From positions 48,360,001-48,424,000 of the forward strand of contig OZ024740.1 of assembly GCA_964016885.1 (NCBI GenBank): a stretch of 64,000 nt of DNA, read 5' to 3'. Below are positions 39,255 to 51,844 of this stretch, in pieces. The notes under the pieces are model-generated. The model did no database searches, was not told where the DNA came from, and saw only the letters and a list, made by a program, of their open reading frames with translations. The translations under genes and the position numbers were made by a program. The stretch's first letter is position 1. Each line of letters begins with the position of its first letter. Source of the DNA: Eledone cirrhosa (Eukaryota).

Positions 39255-40050
39255 ATTATTTGTTTGGATAGATGGTCCTAAATCAAAACCATTCAATGTG
39301 CGAGTAAGACTGATGCGCAGCCAGCTTGAAGTGGTATCATGACTGGTGAGTGCAGTTGGCTGGAATTTACAGATGATATAATATTACTTAACTTGTCAGG
39401 TGATCTCTAACTTGCACTTGATAGGTTTGATACCAAGTGTTGCAGGGCTGGAATGAAAATCAGTGCTACAAAAACTGAGACACTCATCCTCTCAAGGAAC
39501 CTTGCGCAGTGCACACTACATGTGAATAGATTTCCCCTGAAGCAGGTAGAGAAGTTCAAGTATCTCGAGGCCGTGTTCATGAGTGATGGAAGGCAGGAGG
39601 CTGAATTAAGTGCAAGAATTGCAGGAGCTGATGCAGTAATGAACCAGTTTCAGCATTTGGTAATCAGAAGTGTAAAAGCCAAACTCACTAGCTTCAATTT
39701 GGTATTTGTGCCCACCCTTACCTATAGTCATGAATCTTGAGTAATGACCAAAAGAACACGATTGTGAATACAAGCAACCAAAATGGGGTTCTTCCGATTG
39801 GTCTTTCGAGTAACATTACTTGATACTATGGGCATGTGGTTAGAATGTCTCAGGAAAGAATCACTGGACAGATTTTAGAAGCAAAACCAACTGGCAGGAG
39901 ACCCAGGGTTAGACCCCAAGCAAGATGGTTGGATAAAATCCATGAACTCAGGTGCTCAGTTGGAGAAGGTGGCTTCTGACAGGACCCACTGGAAGGAGTG
40001 TCTGATGACTTTGCCCACACGACCCTCTCAGGAAGAAGTGGGTGAAGAAG
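39255..40050 (+). mobile_element. Decayed RTE LINE 3' half (no Cys insert)
   Basis: GMKISATKTE..QVEKFKYL, VPTLTYSHES, GRPQARW. Confidence 0.75.
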
Positions 40051-40325
40051 ATATTTGCAGAGCATGGTCTTCAGATCCCATTATTAGCTATATCACCACT
40101 GATGCATGTAAAAATTTGTTTTACCTTAGATTCAAATGATTATTTCAAGTGTAATTTCTATAGTTGGTTTCAATACCGGCTCTACTGTGTCCAAGCCATA
40201 AATATTGTATTTTTATAAAAGAAAAATATTATCAATATATTACCATGTTTCTTCATCTGTCTTTGTTTTAGTGAGTGGAAGTTCAATTCCATTTTCAGCG
40301 TTGAGCTGTTGTAAAAGATTATTTT

Positions 40326-40346
40326 TATATATATACATGTATATAA

Positions 40347-40395
<49 letters not shown>
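40326..40395. repeat. (TA)n microsatellite
   Basis: Direct reading. Confidence 0.9.
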
Positions 40396-40398
<3 letters not shown>

Positions 40399-40630
40399 CA
40401 CTTCATGTTGTCAACACACAAAACAAGATTATGTAGGACAGAACAAAGGAGAGACACAAAATAAAACCCTAGTCACTGAGGAGGTCACAGAATATGTCAC
40501 GAAAGAGCTTTGACAATATATAAACAACCATCCGGTTATCCAACCAACAAACCGGAAATTCATAATAAATTGAAGTAAAAACCAACGGGTGCGTGTGTTT
40601 TTATTGGCAGCATGACCCTCCCAAATTAGA

Positions 40631-40945
40631 ACATCATCATCATCATCATCATCATCAGGTTTAGCGTCCGTGTTCCACGCTTGCATGGGTTTGGACGGGG
40701 GTTTTCCCACTTGAGGCAAGAGTGGTTGTCTTGCTCGCATAGGACTGTCTGGCGGGTTTTCTACAGTTGGATGCCCTTCCTAACACCAACCACATTTACA
40801 GTGGTATATATATTAGGAAGGGCATCCAGCCGGAGAAACCTAGCCAGAAACAGTTCTATATGAGCAACACATGGTCACCTGGCCCAATTTGCTTCTAATG
40901 GGACAAGCCGTCTAACCCATGCTAGCGTGCAAAATGATGATGATA
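40631..40945. mobile_element. Two head-to-head 5'-truncated RTE 3'-UTR fragments
   Basis: Minus copy 40631-40805 and plus copy 40814-40945, both truncated near the GGATGCCCTTCC module. Confidence 0.65.
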
Positions 40946-41019
40946 ATATATATATATCAGAAGGTAAATCACTTATACGTGGTTGTTACGTTGTAACTTC
41001 ATGAGGAACCCAGTCCGAG

Positions 41020-42410
41020 CAATATATAAAGTTCAACATTGCAAGGCAGTGCGTTTGTGTAAATCGAGATGTTGTTGGAGAAAAATGTGTTAGAAATGAT
41101 GCTGGTGCACTTAGCACCACTGATGCCCAAAAGAAAGAGGCCTGGAAATGTTACTCTGGTAGATTGATGAATGTAGAGAATGAATACACCCAACTTACCC
41201 AACAGAAGGACCAGCTATTGAAATTGACAGTTATAGGGTCAAAGAAGCAATCAAAGAGATGAAGAGTGGTAAAGCTGCAGGACCATCAGAGATAGTTGCT
41301 GAGATGCTAAAACCATCGGGAGAAGTAAGAGTTTAATGAGCAACCCGCATAGTCAACCAGGTAATACAGGACTGAGTCATACCCAATGACTGACGCAGCA
41401 GTACAACCATAAATTGCTACAAAGGCAAAGGTGATGCTCTAGAAAGGAGCAACTACAAAGGAATAAAACTAAAGGACCAAGTTATGAACATAATGGAAAG
41501 AGTTCTAGTGCAGCTAATTGGGGAAAGAGTCAAATTAGACGAGATGAGTTCAGTTTCATGCCAGGAAAAAGTACTACAGATACCTTCTTAGTAAAGCAAT
41601 TACAAGAGAAGTTCCTAGCCAAGAATAAGCCACTACATTTAGCTTTTGTTGATCTACAAAAGATCTTTGACAGAGTATCTCGCTACCCATGCTAGCATGG
41701 AAGATGGACATTAAACGATGATGATGATGATTATCTGAAGGTCCCTAAGGAAATTAGGTGTAGATGAATGGCTTGTGAGAGCAGTGCAAGACGTATACAG
41801 AGGAGCTGTTAGTAAAGTGAGAGTAGGAAATGAGCTAATTGAGGAATTCAAACTGCAGGGTTTAGTTTTTAGCCCACTGCTGTTCTCCAGGCCATAACAG
41901 AGGATTTTAAAATGGCTGTCCATGGGAACTTCTCTATGCAGATGATTTGGTCCTCATAACCAAATCTATAAAATAAGTTCCGTCTATGGAAATGGAATTT
42001 GAAACCAAATGGTCTGAGAGTAAACTTAGTCAAGTGTGTAGGAAAGAAGATAGGTCTCTAATCCCTTCAGGGAAGTGGCCCTGCTCAATATGTAGAAAAG
42101 GAATAGGCATAAACTCCATACGGTGTACACACTGTAAATCTTGAGCACACAAGAAATGGAGTGGGATAACAAGTAGACTTTGTATGTAGATGCACAGGAG
42201 CAATCAAGAGGAAGAGCATCAGTAATATAAAACTCTTCAAGTCACAGGAAGGGTCCTTAGAAGTGGTTGATAGCTTCTGCTATCTAGGTGACTTAATTAG
42301 CAGCAGAGGAGAGTCCTCTAAGAGTATAATAGATAGAATAAGGATAGGGTGGAGAGAAATGAAGGAGCCATGCTTCATTGGATGTGTAATGTAAATGTGA
42401 GAGAAAGGTA
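41020..42410 (+). mobile_element. Older PHD-RTE LINE, decayed
   Basis: GKAAGP, YKGKGDALERSNY, LLYADDL, WPCSICRKG remnants. Confidence 0.85.
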
Positions 42411-42438
42411 GAGGTTACAATGACGATGATGATATATA

Positions 42439-44027
42439 TATCATCATCATCATCATCATCGTTTAACGTCCATCTTCCACGCTTGCATGGGTTTGGACGG
42501 GAGTTTTCCCACTTGAGGCAAGAGTGGTTGTCTTGCTCGCATATGACTGTCTGGCGGGTTTTCTACGGCTGGATGCCCTTCCTAACACCAACCACGTTTA
42601 CAGTGTGGACTGGGAGGTTTTTACCGTGTTACCTACACGGCCACATTACAGCGTGGACTGTGTGTTTTTTTATCGTGACACCTACACGACCTCATTTGTT
42701 TCGGACTAGATGTTGTGGTACCAACATAACTTTACATTGAAAGGGGTGGTGTGGATGGGGTGGGGGTAGTGGGATGGGGTGTATTTTTGTTAGAGGTGCC
42801 TACTGACAGTAGTAGGTTTCACTTTGTACTTAGGTAAGGCGGGTCTTCTATATTACTGTGTAGCGCCAAAGATCTCAGTCCAGTGACATTGTCTTGGAGA
42901 GGTGTAAGTGTGTGAGGTTGGAATTTATCAAGGCGTCCCAGGTTTTTCTGGGTCTGCCTACTCCGTGGCTACCGTCTATTTTTATTGCCCTGCACTTTGT
43001 TATACAGCTGTCGTCTTTCATGCGCATCACGTGACCATACCAACGTAGTCTTCTCTCGAGTAAACATCTGATCCCTCTTATTTTTAATTTTTCCCTTAGT
43101 TCGTTTATGCTTTGCCATTCATGTATATTACTATTACACATCCAGCGGAGCATGCAAGCTTCGTTCCTCTCCAATCTGCGTATATCCTCTGCACACAATG
43201 CCCAGCTCTCACTGCCATGTAACATTGCTGTTCGTATGCAGGCATCATACAGCCTGCCTTTCATTTTTAGAGAGAACCCTTTAGCGGCTAATAGTGGTAT
43301 AAGCTCTCTGAACTTTTTCCATCCAGTTCTGACTCTAGCTACTGTACTTTCAGAGCACCCTCCACCACTGTTGATTTTGTCACCCAAGTAACGGAAGATG
43401 TCCAATATTTCTATAGAACCATCTGTGCAATGGAATGAGCTAGTATTTTGTGGGCACTTGCTGCTACTTATTGCACCAGAGCACCGACCACATATAAAAT
43501 TTATGTTCTTAGTTAGCTTACCTGTGATCCCACTACATCTTTTATGCACCCATACTTTGCATTTGGGACATAAAATGGAGTTTCTACCTACTCCTTTCCT
43601 ACACACTGAGCATGGCCATTTCCCGGATGTGACCGGTGCCCTATTTTCCTTCCTACAAACTAGAACTTTAGTCTTAGACAGGTTAATTTTAAGGCCTTTT
43701 GATTCTAGGCCATGCTTCCATGTTTGGAATTTCTTCTCTAGTTCAGCCATTGATTCAGCTATGAGCGTTAGATCATCTGCATATAGGAGTTCCCATGGGC
43801 AGCTGGTCTTGAACTCCACTGTTATAGCCTGAAGGGCAATAATAAATAGTAGGGGGCTAAGAACGGAGTCCTGATGAACAACTTTTACGCTAAACTCTTC
43901 ACTATATTCGTTGTTAATTCTAACCTTGCTGACTGTTTCTTTATACATGGCATGTATAGCTCTCACAAGCCATTCATCAACACCTAGTTTTCTAAGAGCC
44001 CACCAGATAATGGAACGGGGGACTCGT
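42439..44027 (-). mobile_element. RTE LINE subfamily A, 5'-truncated
   Basis: 363-aa open RT/PHD/thumb frame (42875-43966); full 3' UTR; (CAT)n tail. Confidence 0.93.
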
Positions 44028-44647
44028 TATATATATATAATACCATTTAAAAAAATAAGCAATACATTAAATTCACAGGTGTAAGAGTTTGAGACTTTGT
44101 GATGTCCATATCTGCATTGGTGTTAATGATACAAATAAAATGACTCCAACAAGCATGGCAAGCTGTAAATAAATTTACTAGAAACTTAATGCCACATACA
44201 TTCATAGTGACATTTTAACTCCAGAATACATTGCATTGCCTTAGATGACCCTTGCACAAAGCACTTTTTTTCTGCAATGAATACCTGAGTGAGTCATTGC
44301 AAATAATGTCAAAATGGAACTTCCCTTTCTTCAACAATAATCTATAGAAACAGGTAGGACACCTTTTCAAAATTTGCTTTATTGTAAGATGGGATGCCTA
44401 CTTGTATCAAAACAAAGTTAGTAAAAATCCTTTTTGAGCGTTTAAACAAGATATCACCATCACCATTTTACATCTGTTTTTCATGCTGCATGGGTTGGAC
44501 AGGTTGTCATGCTCTGTGACTAGACAGGTCAGATGAACACATCTTGCTCATACATTCCATTTTAGCATGGTTACTATGGTTGGATGCCATTCCTAACATC
44601 GACCACTTTACAAAGTGGACTGTGTACATTTTATTGTGACATAACAT

Positions 44648-44986
44648 GGAGGCACATGGCTTAGTGGTTAGAGCATTGGCCTTGCAATCAAAAGGTTGTG
44701 AGTTCAATTCTCAGACCGAGTAATGTGTTGTTTCCTTGAGCAAGACACTTTATTTCACATTGCTCCAGTTTACTCAGCTGTAGAAATGAGATGATAGGGA
44801 CTGGGGTTCATATCATTCCACTGCAAAGTGGTCGTGGAGGTGCCACGGCAAAAAAGCACCCAGCACTCACTGTAAATGAGGTTGGTGTTAGGAAGGGCAT
44901 CCAGCTGTAGAAATCAAGCCAGAATCAGTTCCCGTCCCACCCTTGCAAGCAGGGAAAAAGCGGACGTAAAATTAAATGATGAATGA
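44648..44986 (+). mobile_element. tRNA-derived SINE (family 2)
   Basis: Box A tggcttagtgg, box B gagttcaattc, module ttaggaagggcatccagctgtag, RTE-B tail cccttgcaagcagggaaaaagcggacgtaaaa. Confidence 0.88.
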
Positions 44987-45357
44987 AGCACTACAATTTT
45001 CTTGAGTGGACTGGGTGTATTTTATTGTGGCACTAGCATTACTACCATTTAAAGAGATTACTAGAATGACTGTTGTGCTCTCAGTCAAGCAGAGAGGAGC
45101 TGCGATGAGAGCACAGCAGAAATGGCACTGTGGAAGGTGGGGCAATGGCAGCTACATGTTAGTTGCTAAGAAAATCATCACTCAAAGAAAGAGGGAGAAA
45201 GTGAGAGAACAAATAGGGGTGTGTAGAGGGGGAGCAAAATCATAAGACTAGTAGATATATACAGAGCTAAGACACACCTGATTATGTATTAAGTTACATT
45301 GAATTTTACAGTGAAATGAAATCTCAAAATAGAATTTTGTAATATTATTCCATTTAC

Positions 45358-45455
45358 CTTTGAAGTGGATGTACTAGCCTCTAAAGTATTACTGGAACAG
45401 GAAACACTGCTCTTCAATACTGAACTTGTATCATGAAATGAATCCTCATTCCATT
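45358..45455 (-). CDS. ACD: TPP1/ACD-like exon (98 nt)
   Basis: tcttaaag|..(E)WNEDSFHDTSSVLKSSVSCSSNTLEASTSTSK|gtaaat; phase 1->0. Confidence 0.72.
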
Positions 45456-45542
45456 CTTTAAGATATGAAAAATTGAAGAAAGTATTACAAAGAATCAAAA
45501 AAAAATACTTAAAATTCAAATAATGAGAAAAACCATACCAAC

Positions 45543-45653
45543 CAGGAATTGCTTCTAATAACTCGTCTTCTTCAGGCTTGATAAGAAAATCTTCAAGGTT
45601 TACTACTGTTAGGTTATTTTCTAAGTCTTCAATTGTAATAGTCGAGAGTAAAC
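45543..45653 (-). CDS. ACD: TPP1/ACD-like exon (111 nt; putative POT1-binding motif)
   Basis: ataacag|..(G)LLSTITIEDLENNLTVVNLEDFLIKPEEDELLEAIP|gttggt; resembles human TPP1 MLCISENDQLILSSL; phase 1->1. Confidence 0.72.
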
Positions 45654-46535
45654 CTGTTATAATAATAATTTAAATGCTAAAAAATTTCAGAAATAGAACA
45701 CAATTAGCAATTAAATTATTTTTTTAATTAATATTTATTATAAGCAATTGGCATTAAGAAAAGCATTCAGCCATAGAAACCATGCCAAAATGGAGGGTAT
45801 GTGCAAGATAGTTATCTGACCTGCTTGTCCTGCTTAAGCATTGGAACCAATTTAACCAATGCATGGAAAATAGATATTAAATGGTGATAATGATGATTTA
45901 TAAGAAAAAAACAATAACATTATTTTTCAATAATTTTTTTGAAATTTTAAATATTTCAATGCTTTGTTATTGTTGGATAAGGGAATTTATGATTTTATTT
46001 AATGGGCTCCCACTAGGAAATGATTAACCTTTCTATTTTTTTTATGTGAACATCAGAATTTTGACTTAAGTAATCTAATTTGAGTCCCAGGTTCAGCTGG
46101 GTCTAGTTAACTACTTGAACCCACCCACCCACCCATGACTTTGAAATGCTAGGTTATTTTTGGCCTGAGTTGAGAATGGAAGTGGGATGGAGCATGAGGC
46201 TAACAACCTTACCTTCATTAATCAGAATTGCTACAGAAACAACAAGCAGATACCTGCCCTGAGGAGAAATAATTACAACAAAGGCAGAGTTGGTGGAATA
46301 ATGTAACAATTGAGAGTATCACAACTAATGACACAGCAGCCAAATTTTCTTCAAATCACATCCTATTATCTTATATATGACAACAGGAGATAAACCTCTA
46401 TATGGTAGCTATAGCAAATAGAAATAACAGCCACATCTCCCTCAAACTACACCCTACTGTTTATTGTATGTATATATGCACGAACCAATGAGAATGGGGA
46501 GGGGGCTTCTACATATCTTGACCTGACAAAAATAG

Positions 46536-47900
46536 CCAAAAGGCCTTAAAATTAACCTGGCTAAGACTAAAGTTCTAGTTTGTAGGAAAGAAAATAAGGC
46601 GGCTCTTCCGGGAAGTGGCCATGCTCAGTGTGTAGGAAAGGCGTAGGTAGAAACTCCATTTTATGTCCCAAATGCAAAGTATGGGTGCATAAAAGATGTA
46701 GTGGGATCACAGGTAAGCTAACTAAGAACATAGATTTTACATGTGGCCGGTGCTCTGGTGCAATAAGTAGCAGCAAGTGCCCACAAAATACTAGCTCTTT
46801 CAATTGCGCAGAGGGTTCTATAGAAATAGTGGACAGCTTCCGTTACCTGGGTGACAAAATCAGCAGTGGGGGAGGGTGCTCTGAAAGTACAGTAGCTAGA
46901 GTCAGAACGGGATGGAAAAAGTTCAGAGAGCTTATACCACTATTAGCCACTAGAGGGTTCTCCCTAAAAATGAAAGGCAGGTTATACGATGCCTGCATAC
47001 GAACAGCAGTGCTGCATGGCAGTGAGAGCTGGGCATTGTGTGCAGAGGATATACGCAGACTAGAGAGGAACGAAGCTTGCATGCTCCGCTGGATGTGCAA
47101 TAGTAATATACGTGAACGGCTAAGCGTAAACGAACTAAGGAGAAAATTAGAAATAAGAGGGATCAGATGTTGTTTACTCGAGAGAAGGCTACGTTGGTAC
47201 GGTCACGTGATGCGCATGAAAGACGACAGCTGTATAACAAAGTGCAGGGCGATAAAGATAGACGGTAGCCACGGAGTAGGCAGACCCAGAAAAACCTGGG
47301 ACGACATGATAAATTCCGACCTCACACGATTACACCTCTCCAAGACAATGTCACTGGACCGAGACCTTTGGCGGTACTCAGTTATAGAGAAGACCCGCCT
47401 TACTTAAATACAAAGTAAAAACCTACTACAGTCAGTAGGCATCTCTATCAAAACACACCCCCGTCCCACCACCCCCACCCCATCCACACCGCCCCTTTCA
47501 ATGTAAAGTTATGTTGGTGCCACAACATCCAGGCCGAAACAAATGAGATCGTGTAGGTGTCACGACAAAAAACACACAGTCCACGCTGTAAATGTGGCCG
47601 TGTAGGCAACACGGTAAAAACCTCCCAGCCCCACACTGTAAATGTGGTTGGTGTTAGGAAGGGCATCCAGCTGTAGAAAACCCGCCAGACAGTCCACGTT
47701 GTAATGTGGCCGTGTAGGCAACACGGTAAAAACCTCCCAGCCCCACACTGTAAATGTGGTTGGTGTTAGGAAGGGCATCCAGCTGTAGAAAACCCGCCAG
47801 ACAGTCCTATGCGAGCAAGACAACCACTCTTGCCTCGAGTGGGAAAACCCCCGTCCAAACCCATGCAAGCGTGGAACACGGACGCTAAACCTTGATGATG
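46536..47900 (+). mobile_element. RTE LINE subfamily A, 5'-truncated, with a ~117-bp tandem duplication in the 3' UTR
   Basis: 259-aa open PHD/thumb frame; closely similar to the reverse complement of 42439-43700. Confidence 0.93.
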
Positions 47901-48599
47901 AATATTCATAAATCATGTTCTATTGGTTTATGTATGAATGTATGAGCCAATGAAAAAGACTTTCACATTGCAGCTAGAACTGATAGAAGTCAAATCATAT
48001 CCTATTGGTTTATGTATGAAAATATATACATATATATGAGCTAACAACAGATATTTCTACATGGAAGTTGACATTCCATGTAGAAATAGCAGTAAAATCT
48101 CCATAAAATCACATCCTACTGTTATATGTATGCATAAACCAGTGACTTTTATACTGTAACAAGATATATATGAAGTGTAAAAAAATCAGTAAGGAAGTTA
48201 TACTTCTTCAGTAACTATCAGAAACGTAATCATGCTCAGGTAAATTAGACACAAACAAAATATAAAATTTCTTTAATAAGCAAAAATAAACTGCTTGTTT
48301 TAGAAACATTTATAATAAATACAAATTCTGTATTGTTTTGGGAACCTAGTATCACATCTCAATACTTTAGCTTTATTGTTAATCAACCAGATAAAATTGA
48401 GTTTAGTGAAAATGTCCCAGCCAATGTGAATTTTCCACAATATCATGAATGGGACAGTTATATAGATTTGCATATGAATGATTAAAACAACTGTTATTTT
48501 TTTATGACTAACAATCCTGTCATGATGTATAGTACTTATGGTTTAGGTAGGTAGGTAGATTGAAGCAAGCAGAAAAAACATCTTGCTTGAATGTTGAGA

Positions 48600-48792
48600 A
48601 TAATAATAATGAAATTATTGTGTACAGTGCTCAGGTGCACTACAACTAATCAAAGGTGCATGTATAGTACATAGAATAATATACAAATGTTGGGGAAGTG
48701 AATAGTGTATGAGTCATGATATACATGTGTGCATGTGTATGGAGGAGGAATATTAGGTGTAGTGTTGGCGAATCTCAGGAAGTATGGAGGTT
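48600..48792 (-). mobile_element. CR1 3' UTR fragment
   Basis: Reverse complement of the 15290-15483 sequence. Confidence 0.8.
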
Positions 48793-48892
48793 AGTAATCT
48801 AATAACTTAACCTCATAGATTCTATAACATTTCTAAACCTACAATCAATGCATTACTCCTGTTACACTAATGTTTCAATTGAACTGACCTAC

Positions 48893-49017
48893 CTTGATTG
48901 TATATCACATTTCCTGCTACTGGTAATGTTGATGATGAATCTTGTGAAGGACAACCAGCTTGCAGTGCATTTATCAACATATTCAAAGGCTTTGATTCAG
49001 TGGCACTTTTCTTCTTA
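48893..49017 (-). CDS. ACD: TPP1/ACD-like exon (125 nt)
   Basis: catcag|T KKKSATESKPLNMLINALQAGCPSQDSSSTLPVAGNVIYNQ G|gtaggt; PLNMLINAL resembles human SLSQLLDEM; phase 2->1. Confidence 0.72.
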
Positions 49018-50045
49018 CTGATGCCGAAAAAATATTATTAAAGCTTTGTTGAAGTATAAAATACTTGCATTTACATAGTAAATTTTTCATAGAAGAATAG
49101 AACAAACTAAGAAAAGAGATATGTAGGCAGGTGGTTGGGTGCAAAGAACATAACAATGGTATTCTCAGTAATTTTTCTTAATCTGTTTCTTTATTTATCT
49201 TTATTTATATATAACAACTTATGAACAAGTTTGCATTAAAGGCTTCTAACATGCCAATTACAGATTCTGTAAAAGTGACAAGAGAGGGTCTGTAACTTGA
49301 TTTAAAACAAAACATTTCAGACTTTTTTCCTAAAACAGTTCTTTTTTTCTGTTTTCCTGCTGACGTTTATATCTTTTTACAACATATATCAATGAAAAGA
49401 TATATATATACACACACACAGGTTACGCTTCTTGATAATTTTTGTCTACCAAATTACATTCCAAAGGTATTGATTGGTTAACCAGAGGTTATGATAGAAT
49501 ATATTTGTCCAAGGTGCCATGCAGTGGGATTGAACCTAGAACAATGTGGTTGTGAAGATACTGCTTCTATACTCAGTATTGATCAGACTGCCTTAGAACA
49601 AGCTTCCTCCTAAATCCCTTTTGCTTCCACCCACACTTGATCATGCTAACCTTGGAACTAGATGACTTCTCTGGTGTTGGTTCCACTACAAAAGTCACCT
49701 GATATAACTTGTAACATGACTGGCATTTGAATGTTTACAAAATAGGATAGGGTGTACTTCAGTCATCACCTTTAGTGCTGGTTCTATGATAAAATAGACC
49801 CAGTACACTCTGTAAAGTCATTAATGTTAGAAAGGGCATCCAGCTGTAGAAATATCATCATCATTTTATGGCTGTTTTCCCATGTTTGCATGGGTTGAAT
49901 GGGTCCTTTTAGGCACAGCCTCTTTCATCTCATAGTGTTCCTTCATCATCTCCTCTGTTGAAATCTGCTTTCATACCCTCCTCCTCTTCCTCTAAATTGC
50001 CCTGATTCCATCTGATTCTTATTCTGATGTCACTAATAACTAATT

Positions 50046-50806
50046 TGTGTTGGGTAGTACCTTCTTCGCTGGGAAAATACTTAATATTCACAGTTATCTG
50101 TCTATCCCATTTTCAAATGAGTATGAAGTCTTAATCTGGCTTGCATGCTTGTATAACAGCAGTGAAGATTCGAAACCGAATCTGAGCTTTCTCGCCTCTG
50201 GGACAAGCCGTGGTAAGTTGTTTACGCTCAAGAGACTAACCCCTTGGGCGAGGCTAAACACAGGTCAGAGGTGTTTACGCCTGACAGAAAATAGGTCAGA
50301 GGATATATCCATCTTTCTGACTTGTTTACGCTTGGCAAACTAATCCCTTGGGAGACTCTAATCGAAGTTCAGAGGATATATCTATTCTTCTAGCTTCAAC
50401 CCTTATAAATACAGGGGTTGTTTACATCCCAAGAGAAAAGAAGTGATATACAGACAAGACAAGTCGCATTTACAAGCTCTCGTCATGAAATACCAGTCTG
50501 TCACTTATTCTCACCTGCCTGGCTGATCGCTGACTCCTGCAATACAAATAATTAAATATACTGATACGCACACACGCATTCATAGTGAGTTCACACTGTT
50601 TACATCTTCACACGCACCATTTCTGTTTATTCACGTTGTATCTTTCGGATGCAGTACAAATTATATTATAATCTTATTCCATAATACATGTATTTACGTG
50701 GCTCGAAGAGCCACCAAATATTGTACGAATATTTCGTGTTATTGATTTTATCATTCAATATTCAAATTGAATATTGTTATAATAAAATAAACATTGTAAC
50801 AACACA
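50046..50806 (+). mobile_element. Probable solo LTR
   Basis: tgtgttg...caacaca termini, internal repeats, TATAAATA at 50404, AATAAA near the end; no clean TSD. Confidence 0.45.
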
Positions 50807-50899
50807 ATCCTGGTATTTTTCTTTACATTGAAACCACCATACCAACAGTTACATCCATCCATCCACTTATCGTTACAACCACACAAATATTCTGTTACA

Positions 50900-51120
50900 C
50901 TTGCTAGCTGATCAAGTGGTTGACTGGTTTCTTGAAGTTAGAGTTGCAAATTGTTAAGACATTTTCATCATTGAATTCTAGGAACTTTGATCCCTCTTCA
51001 TTTCTCAAGCCATATCCATAGCCATTCTGCACTCTCCTGCTGCCCAACATCCCCAATGAAGTTGCCTGCCAAGATAATGGCATTTTTGACATCTGTTGTT
51101 GAGTCATTTGTAAGAGGACT
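50900..51120 (-). mobile_element. RTE endonuclease fragment
   Basis: GYGYGLRNEEGSKFLEF..L.ICNSNFKK. Confidence 0.7.
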
Positions 51121-51844
51121 GCATAGAAATGGTCTTTTTATGGGCACTGAGATTAACTTTGCCTTTCATTCCTACAGGGTCTATAAAATATCAGCTGAAA
51201 CCAGGTTTGATTTTTCTTCTCCCTCTCTGTGTCTTTCTCTCTGGAAGAAATTGGCTCTGATCAGACTTGGAATGGGCTCTGCTATGTTTAAAATGCCTAA
51301 GAAATACCATAAGTTACAATGGCACCACAATGACTCAGGGGTTGAAAGTTTAAAGAAGGATAGCTAGGTTGGGAAATTTCAGGTGTACTGGCAGCAAGTA
51401 CTGTTGAGTTAACAGTACTTCACCACAATTATTATTGTATGTTGCCTACTTTCAAAAAGAATCATGTGTTACAAGTATAACTTAATAAGAGCCAATCATC
51501 AGATCAGACCAAGGAAACTGTTCCATTTGTTTGTTTTTTTCCATTGCTTATATGATCTGTTGATCAATGAGATGAAACGGAATTTGAAATCAGAGTACAC
51601 AGAACCAAAACAGATACTACAAAGCATGCTGCCTGACTCCTGAAGAATTCTGCCAATTCACTGACCCTGGACTAGTACTGTATTTATCAACCTCGAAAAG
51701 GCAAAGTTGACCCCAGCATCATTTGAACTCAGTCACAACAGATATTAAAGACATTCAATCCAATGCACTAATGACTCAGCAAATTTGCCAACTGTATAAT
51801 ACATTCATTAATTGATTATTAAAAAATCAATAGTATCAACATAC

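Noticed and set aside
44648-44720. tRNA gene
   Set aside because: A/B boxes are present but there is no acceptor stem, and it continues into a SINE body and LINE tail.
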